A stretch of DNA of 64,000 nt from IMG/VR virus record IMGVR_UViG_3300047376_000546; one strand, 5' to 3'. Numbering within the stretch: position 1 is the first letter of the stretch; each line of letters begins with the position of its first letter. A program made the translations under genes and the position numbers. The notes beneath the pieces were generated by a model that saw nothing but the letters and a program-made list of their open reading frames with translations, searched no databases and was not told the origin of the DNA. This DNA comes from a virus. Of the stretch, positions 58,248 through 64,000 are shown piece by piece.

Positions 58248-58772
58248 ATGGCATTCGATATCTCTGCATTTAAGTCCAACTTAACCGCTGGAGGTGCAAG
58301 ACCGAATCTATTTGAGGCAGTTGTGAATAATCCAATTAACGCAGCTGCCGATTCAACATTTAGATTTGTTTGTCGCGCAGCTCAATTGCCTGGATCCACA
58401 ATTCCTGCTATCGATGTACCATACTTTGGTCGTCAAGTAAGAATTGCCGGAAACAGAACATTTGAACCATGGACTGTAACAATTATTAATGACGAGAATT
58501 TTTCAGTCAGAAATACTTTGGAACAGTGGATGGCGAATATTAATTCACATGAGGCTAATATTCAACTCGCAGCTCAAACCGCTTATAAGTCAGATTCAGA
58601 AGTAAAACATTATGCTAAAGATGGTTCTACAATTGCAACATACCGCTTTTATGGTTTATTCCCAACCGAATTGGGTGCAATTGAATTATCTTGGGATGCA
58701 AACGATCAGATTGAAGAATATACTGTGACATTTGCATATGATTATTGGAATCACGATGGTGTGACTACTTAA
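58248..58772 (+). CDS. gp19: Tail tube protein gp19
   Basis: GGARPNLFE, AAQLPGSTI, GRQVRIAGNRTFEPWTVTIINDE, IEEYTVTFAYDYW. Confidence 0.95.
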   Translation: MAFDISAFKSNLTAGGARPNLFEAVVNNPINAAADSTFRFVCRAAQLPGSTIPAIDVPYFGRQVRIAGNRTFEPWTVTIINDENFSVRNTLEQWMANINSHEANIQLAAQTAYKSDSEVKHYAKDGSTIATYRFYGLFPTELGAIELSWDANDQIEEYTVTFAYDYWNHDGVTT

Positions 58773-58800
58773 TCTAGCTATTGAGTGAGGTGAAATATAC

Positions 58801-60357
58801 ATGGCTGTTAAATTATTTGGGTTCGAATTAAGAACCCCTGCAGAACAAAAAAGAGAGCTGAAATCTTTTGTACCGAAAGATAGTACAACAGATGACGGCT
58901 CTCTTACTGTTCAATCTGGTTTCTATGGAACATATTTAAATCTGGAAAATACTGCAAAGTCTGATGCAGAATTAATAGATAGATATAGAGATATGTCTAT
59001 TCATCCAGAAGTAGATTCTGCAATCGATGATATTGTAGCAGAATCTATCGTAAACGATTCAGACGATTATCCAATTAAAATTGATACAAAAAATCTAGAT
59101 GTTACTGTAACAGTAAAGAAAAAGATTGAAGATGAATTCAAATCTATTTTAAAACTACTTAAATTTAAAGAAAATGGTTATGATATTTTCAAGAGTTGGT
59201 ATGTTGATGGTAGAATTTACTATCATATTATTATCGATAATTCAAAACCAAAAGAAGGTATCAAAGAACTACGTAGGGTAGACCCACGAAAAATTAAAAA
59301 AATTCGTGAAGTAGAAAAGAAAGAGAAGTCCGTAAATGGAACTGAAGTACCATTAGTATCTGGTATGAAAGAATATTACATCTTTAATGACAAAGGTGTT
59401 GTTTCTGGAGACCAAGCATCTGGTATTCCAATTACAGTAGACTCAATCTGTTATGTTTCATCTGGTTTAAAGGATGCAAAAAGACAACATTCTATTGGAC
59501 ACCTACATAAAGTAATTAAACCACTAAACCAATTGAGATTGGTAGAGGATTCGGTTGTTATTTATCGTTGGACAAGAGCTCCAGAACGTAGAGTTTTCTA
59601 TATTGATGTAGGAAACTTACCAAAACAAAAAGCAGAACAATATCTCTCTGATATTATGACTAAGTATAAAAACAAAATCGTTTATGACGGTAGTACTGGT
59701 GAAGTGAGAGATGACAGAAAACATCTTTCTATGTTAGAAGATTTTTGGTTCCCACGTAGAGAAGGTGGACGCGGCACAGAGATTGAGACACTGCCAGGCG
59801 GGTCTAATCTTGGTGAGATGGATGATGTAATATATTTCCAAAAGAAATTATACAAGTCACTCAATGTGCCTATATCAAGACTTGAACCAGAAAATAGTAT
59901 TCAACTTGGTAGAGCGACAGAAATATCTAGAGATGAATATAAATTTAATAGGTTTATCGTAAGACTAAGAAATACATTCAGTAATCTATTTTTAGACTTG
60001 ATGAGAAAACAACTTATTTTGAAAGGTGTTATAACACCAGATGAATGGGAAAATATGAGTGAAGATTTAATCTTAGATTACACTCAAGATTCTTATTATA
60101 CAGATGTTAAAAATACTGAAATGTTAAGAGATAAAATTACATTGATTGGCGAAATGGAAGGTATGATTGGCAAATACTATTCGGAAGAATGGGTTAAACG
60201 AAACATACTAAAAATGAATGACGAAGAAATCAATGACATGGAAAAACAATTAAAGAAAGAGGCAGAGACTGCCGAACCTGAACCACAAGAAACTGATGGG
60301 GATGATAGTGATGACGGTGGAGAACAAGACAATTCTCAGAGTCAATTTGAATTTTAG
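58801..60357 (+). CDS. gp20: Portal vertex protein gp20
   Basis: KLFGF, HPEVDSAIDDIV, WYVDGRIYYH, RAPERRVFYIDVGNLPKQKAEQYL, MLEDFWFPRREGGRGTEIETLPGG. Confidence 0.97.
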   Translation: MAVKLFGFELRTPAEQKRELKSFVPKDSTTDDGSLTVQSGFYGTYLNLENTAKSDAELIDRYRDMSIHPEVDSAIDDIVAESIVNDSDDYPIKIDTKNLDVTVTVKKKIEDEFKSILKLLKFKENGYDIFKSWYVDGRIYYHIIIDNSKPKEGIKELRRVDPRKIKKIREVEKKEKSVNGTEVPLVSGMKEYYIFNDKGVVSGDQASGIPITVDSICYVSSGLKDAKRQHSIGHLHKVIKPLNQLRLVEDSVVIYRWTRAPERRVFYIDVGNLPKQKAEQYLSDIMTKYKNKIVYDGSTGEVRDDRKHLSMLEDFWFPRREGGRGTEIETLPGGSNLGEMDDVIYFQKKLYKSLNVPISRLEPENSIQLGRATEISRDEYKFNRFIVRLRNTFSNLFLDLMRKQLILKGVITPDEWENMSEDLILDYTQDSYYTDVKNTEMLRDKITLIGEMEGMIGKYYSEEWVKRNILKMNDEEINDMEKQLKKEAETAEPEPQETDGDDSDDGGEQDNSQSQFEF

Positions 60358-60366
60358 GAGTGAATT

Positions 60367-60570
60367 ATGAGTGAACAGGAAGAAAATATAAATACTACTA
60401 ATACAGATATCGTTGATAACATTGTATTAGGCAACGTATCAGATGCTAAGGATGATATTACATCAATGTTAAATCAAAAGATTGCAGCTGAAATTGAAGA
60501 TCATAAAAGAATTTTTGCTGCATCGATTTTTCAAGATGTTGAACCAGAAACTTTAGAAACGGAAGAGTAA
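60367..60570 (+). CDS. gp67: Prohead core protein gp67-like
   Basis: Small acidic ORF directly after g20, in the T4 gene order g20-g67-g68-g21. Confidence 0.65.
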   Translation: MSEQEENINTTNTDIVDNIVLGNVSDAKDDITSMLNQKIAAEIEDHKRIFAASIFQDVEPETLETEE

Positions 60571-60571
60571 T

Positions 60572-60838
60572 ATGTTATCTTTTGGAGACTATTTAGAAAA
60601 CGACTTAGACGAAGCAATCAAACGCAAGGTTGTGATCCGCAACGGCAAGCGAAAAATTAAATATGTCTCTGACAGGCCGGGATATACGGTAAAAGATAAA
60701 CGCGAAGTTAAAATTGGTGCTGGTGATGCAGTTAAGATGAGTATCAGGAATAAAAAATCAGCTAGAAAACGTGCCGGAAAAGTATCTATTGCAAATACAA
60801 AAAGAGCGCGCTCTAACGTAAAGAGGACAGGACTATGA
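60572..60838 (+). CDS. gp68: Prohead core protein gp68-like
   Basis: Very basic K/R-rich small ORF between g67 and g21. Confidence 0.65.
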   Translation: MLSFGDYLENDLDEAIKRKVVIRNGKRKIKYVSDRPGYTVKDKREVKIGAGDAVKMSIRNKKSARKRAGKVSIANTKRARSNVKRTGL

Positions 60839-61476
60839 AACTCATTACCGAAATCGTAGAAGATATTAACATTGTAGAAGAAAAAAATGGAAAAGGTCTT
60901 TACATTGAAGGCGTTTTTTTACAATCCAATGTTAAAAATAGAAATAATAGAGTATATCCAACAGAAGTTTTACAACAAGAAGTAAACAGATATACAGAGA
61001 GTTATATTAATAAGAACCGAGCGTTTGGTGAATTAGGACATCCAGACGGACCAACAATCAACCTAGAAAGAGTATCCCATATGATTAAGGATCTCAAACT
61101 AGAAGGTGATAATTTCATTGGTAAGGCAAAAATTATGACTGAGACACCATATGGTGCGATTGTTAAAAACCTTATTAGTGAAGGGGCACAACTTGGTGTA
61201 TCATCTCGCGGAATGGGTACAGTGAAAAAAACAGGTGATGCAAATGTGGTACAGGGTGATTTTTATCTTGCAACCGCAGCGGATATCGTTGCAGATCCAT
61301 CTGCACCAGATGCCTTTGTAAATGGTATTATGGAAAATAAAGAATGGATTTGGGATAACGGTATTATTCGTGAAGCTGCTATCGACTCCTATGCGAAGGA
61401 ATTGAAAGAAGCGAAAAGTAAACAACTTGAAGAAGTAAAGATTAATTTATTTAAAAATTTCTTGTCAAGTTTATAA
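60835..61476 (+). CDS. gp21: Prohead protease gp21
   Basis: MKLITE, YIEGVFLQ, NRNNRVYP, GELGHPDGPTINL, GVSSRGMG, DIVADPSAPDAFV. Confidence 0.97.
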   Translation: MKLITEIVEDINIVEEKNGKGLYIEGVFLQSNVKNRNNRVYPTEVLQQEVNRYTESYINKNRAFGELGHPDGPTINLERVSHMIKDLKLEGDNFIGKAKIMTETPYGAIVKNLISEGAQLGVSSRGMGTVKKTGDANVVQGDFYLATAADIVADPSAPDAFVNGIMENKEWIWDNGIIREAAIDSYAKELKEAKSKQLEEVKINLFKNFLSSL

Positions 61477-61479
61477 TAT

Positions 61480-61487
61480 TATAAATA
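61480..61487 (+). promoter_or_regulatory. T4-type late promoter box TATAAATA
   Basis: Exact match (TATAAATAAAT) upstream of g22. Confidence 0.8.
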
Positions 61488-61542
61488 AATATGATTATAC
61501 CAGATTACAGGTAAAAATAAGTAACCTTATAGGAGACCAAAA

Positions 61543-62601
61543 ATGGCAGATAAAGATTTAGAAATTCAAGAAACAGAATCTGTTGTTGAAGAAACTGTCG
61601 CTGAAGAAACTACTAACGATGTGGTCGAAGAGGCAGTTGAAGAAATTACAGAAACTGACAGTGTTACAACTGAAGAAGTTCTAGCCGAAGACGATCTCGA
61701 AGAGGCAAAATCAAAATCTGAATCAGATGATGACGAAGATGATGATGCCGATGACGAGGAAGATGAGGATGAGGATGATAAACCATTCCCACCCAAAAAA
61801 GAAGGCTGGAAAAAAGGTAAGAAAGTGGCAAAGGAAGATATTGATGTAAAAGAACACATTGATGCGATGCTTTCTGGTCAAGATTTAACAGAAGACTTCA
61901 AAGATAAGGCTCAAACAATTTTTGAAGCCGCAGTTCTTGACAAAATCAATGAGGAAGTAGACCGCATGGAAGATCAATATGCGGAAACACTTGAAGAAAA
62001 CCTTGTTGAAATTCGTTCAGAGATTTCAGAAAAAGTTGATGAGTACTTGACTTATGTTGCTAAAGAATGGTTAGAAGAAAATAAACTAGCCGTTGAGAAC
62101 GGTTTAAGACTTGAAATTATGGAAGGTTTCATTAAAGGTCTTAAAACAGTATTCACCGAAAACTATATTGACATTCCAGAGGAAAAGGTTGACCTTTATG
62201 CTGAGTCAGTAAAGAATTTGGATGATACACAATCTAAACTTAATGAAGAAATTGAAAAGAATGTAAAACTTTCTCGTAGACTCGAAGAATCTACGAAAGA
62301 GATTGCACTTAATTCAGTAACTGAAGAATTAACTTTAACCCAAAAGGAAAAAGTTCGTTCGTTGAGTGAAGGTGTAGAGTTTGTTTCTACTGAGGATTAT
62401 ACTGACAAACTAAACATCATTAGGGAAAACTATTTCCCACAAGATGGTGCAGAAGTTGCAAGTGAAATTCTTGATGAAAGTGAAACTGAAACTGCGGTAG
62501 AAGATTCTCCTGTTGTTATTCAAGAGGAAGCTTCCAAACAAACTGTAACTAGTGCGATGGATTTCTATGCAAACACATTGTCACGATTTGCTAAAAAATA
62601 A
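61543..62601 (+). CDS. gp22: Prohead scaffold protein gp22
   Basis: Acidic coiled coil with FKDKAQTIFEAAV, KVDEYLTYVAKEWLEENKLAVENG and IIRENYF, located between g21 and g23. Confidence 0.93.
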   Translation: MADKDLEIQETESVVEETVAEETTNDVVEEAVEEITETDSVTTEEVLAEDDLEEAKSKSESDDDEDDDADDEEDEDEDDKPFPPKKEGWKKGKKVAKEDIDVKEHIDAMLSGQDLTEDFKDKAQTIFEAAVLDKINEEVDRMEDQYAETLEENLVEIRSEISEKVDEYLTYVAKEWLEENKLAVENGLRLEIMEGFIKGLKTVFTENYIDIPEEKVDLYAESVKNLDDTQSKLNEEIEKNVKLSRRLEESTKEIALNSVTEELTLTQKEKVRSLSEGVEFVSTEDYTDKLNIIRENYFPQDGAEVASEILDESETETAVEDSPVVIQEEASKQTVTSAMDFYANTLSRFAKK

Positions 62602-62606
62602 AATAT

Positions 62607-62614
62607 TATAAATA
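62607..62614 (+). promoter_or_regulatory. T4-type late promoter box TATAAATA
   Basis: Exact match (TATAAATAAAT) upstream of g23. Confidence 0.8.
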
Positions 62615-62672
62615 AATATTGAAGTTATCTAACTTAAATTAAATCAGAAAGTAAACTTAAAAGGAGACTATG

Positions 62673-64000
62673 ATGTATACAGAAATGCATTTGTCAGATC
62701 AATTACAGGAGAAGTGGAAGCCAGTGATTGAGCACCCAGATCTTCCAGAGATCAAGGACTCTTACAAAAAAGCGGTAACTGCTATGCTCCTTGAAAACCA
62801 AGAGAAAGCGGCACGTGAAGAGCATGCCATGCTGAACGAGGTTAATGTTGTTGGTGCAGGAATGTCACCAACAGCGGGAGAAGGTGAAATTGCAGGTATG
62901 GACCCAGTTCTTATCTCGCTAGTTCGCCGTGCAATGCCGAATTTAATGGCCTACGATGTACTTGGAGTACAACCAATGTCAGGACCAACTGGACTTATCT
63001 TTGCGATGCGTTCACGTTATGACAACCAATCTGGTACAGAATCATTTTTCAATGAAGCTGATACCGCCCATTCTGCAACAGGTTCACATGCAGACACTGA
63101 CCCATTTGCTGGTGCAGTCATCGCCTCTGGCGCTCTTGACGAAACTGGTGGAACTTTTGCATCAGGTGCTGGTGGTTCAACTGCCAATCTTGAAACATTA
63201 GGTTCAGGTGCATCAAACCCAATGGGTACTGGTGGACATTTCAACCAAATGGCATTCTCAATTGAGAGAATCACTGTGACCGCAAAGTCACGTGCCCTCA
63301 AAGCAGAATACACAATGGAACTTGCACAAGACTTAAAAGCAGTACACGGTCTTGATGCAGAGTCCGAACTCTCAAACATCTTGTCAACAGAAATCATGAC
63401 TGAGATTAACCGCGAGGTTATCCGCACAGTTTATGCTTCTGCTGTACTTGGTGCTCAGAATCAAACAACCACAGGTATTTTTGACTTAGATGCAGATGCC
63501 GATGGACGTTGGTCTGTTGAGAAGTTTAAAGGACTTCTTTTCCAAATCGAACGTGAGTCTAATGCAATCGCAAAAGCTACTCGCCGTGGTAAAGGTAACA
63601 TGTTAATCTGTTCATCTGACGTTGCATCTGCTCTTGCAATGGCTGGTGTACTTGATTACAACCCTGCACTACAAAACAACATCACTGCTGATGACACTGG
63701 ACAAACTTTTGCCGGTGTACTTAACGGTAAAATGCGCGTGTACATCGATCCATATTTCGATGCTGCTGGTGCATATGAAGTTGCATGTGTGGGTTACAAA
63801 GGTACTTCACCATATGATGCGGGTCTTTTCTATTGCCCATACGTACCATTACAAATGGTTCGTGCAGTAGGTGAAAATACCTTCCAACCAAAAATCGGTT
63901 TCAAAACACGCTACGGTATTGTTGCGAACCCATTTGCTGAAGGTTCAACTGCTGGTAACGGTGCTATAACTGCCCGTACAAACCAGTACTACCGTATCTT
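62673..64000 (+). CDS. gp23: Major capsid protein gp23 (3' truncated by window end; absent from the ORF track)
   Basis: Translated by hand: MYTEMHLSDQLQEKWKPVIEHPDLPEIKDSYKKAVTAMLLENQE...DPVLISLVRRAMPNLMAYD...VQPMSGPTGLIFAMR...AKSRALKAEYTMELAQDLKAVHGLDAE...FYCPYVPLQM...FQPKIGFKTRYG. An AAGGAG site at 62661-62666 favours ATG 62673 over 62670. Confidence 0.97.
   Translation, partial: MYTEMHLSDQLQEKWKPVIEHPDLPEIKDSYKKAVTAMLLENQEKAAREEHAMLNEVNVVGAGMSPTAGEGEIAGMDPVLISLVRRAMPNLMAYDVLGVQPMSGPTGLIFAMRSRYDNQSGTESFFNEADTAHSATGSHADTDPFAGAVIASGALDETGGTFASGAGGSTANLETLGSGASNPMGTGGHFNQMAFSIERITVTAKSRALKAEYTMELAQDLKAVHGLDAESELSNILSTEIMTEINREVIRTVYASAVLGAQNQTTTGIFDLDADADGRWSVEKFKGLLFQIERESNAIAKATRRGKGNMLICSSDVASALAMAGVLDYNPALQNNITADDTGQTFAGVLNGKMRVYIDPYFDAAGAYEVACVGYKGTSPYDAGLFYCPYVPLQMVRAVGENTFQPKIGFKTRYGIVANPFAEGSTAGNGAITARTNQYYRI

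Noticed and set aside
61720-61830. Poly-Asp/Glu tract followed by a basic patch in gp22
   Set aside because: Low-complexity acidic linkers are ordinary for T4-like scaffold proteins.
54205-64000. Introns, inteins or homing endonucleases in g17, g20 or g23
   Set aside because: g17 (536 aa) and g20 (518 aa) are of normal length with continuous motifs, and the g23 frame reads through to the window end. I saw no LAGLIDADG, HNH, GIY-YIG or intein motifs.
1-64000. Stop-codon reassignment, as seen in some large phages
   Set aside because: Long intact ORFs tile the window under the standard code, and TAA, TAG and TGA all end recognisable genes.
1-64000. tRNA or structured ncRNA genes
   Set aside because: Intergenic gaps are short (under ~90 nt) and AT-rich. 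I saw no cloverleaf or T-loop signatures beyond the two terminators.

Overview
The window is a single-strand (+) late structural region of an AT-rich T4-like myophage, probably a marine-type one; the host cannot be determined from this sequence. It runs from a truncated baseplate-region ORF through g8 and a DUF4815/VrlC-like 2255-aa virion protein. A very large block of accessory virion/fibre genes follows, then the canonical g13-g14-g15-g16-g17-g18-g19-g20-g67-g68-g21-g22-g23 neck/terminase/tail/head cluster, with g23 truncated by the window end. TATAAATA late-promoter boxes precede many genes and two clear intrinsic terminators are present. The interesting biology lies in the ~49 kb between g8 and g13, where T4 has only g9-g12 and wac. 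(1) Three fibre-borne cupredoxin-like domains keep a complete His...Cys-x2-His-x2/3-Met type-1 copper ligand set. (2) Four large paralogues share one conserved scaffold that carries different nested insertions at homologous sites. (3) A PAAR spike-tip protein is fused to a Cys/His (TIGR02594/CHAP-like) peptidoglycan hydrolase domain. (4) Four 'MADSNL' proteins share an anchor domain but have different heads. (5) An acidic protein carries a 42-bp tandem repeat. I found no tRNA, CRISPR array, intron, intein or mobile element. All family assignments are from motif recognition by eye, not database searches.
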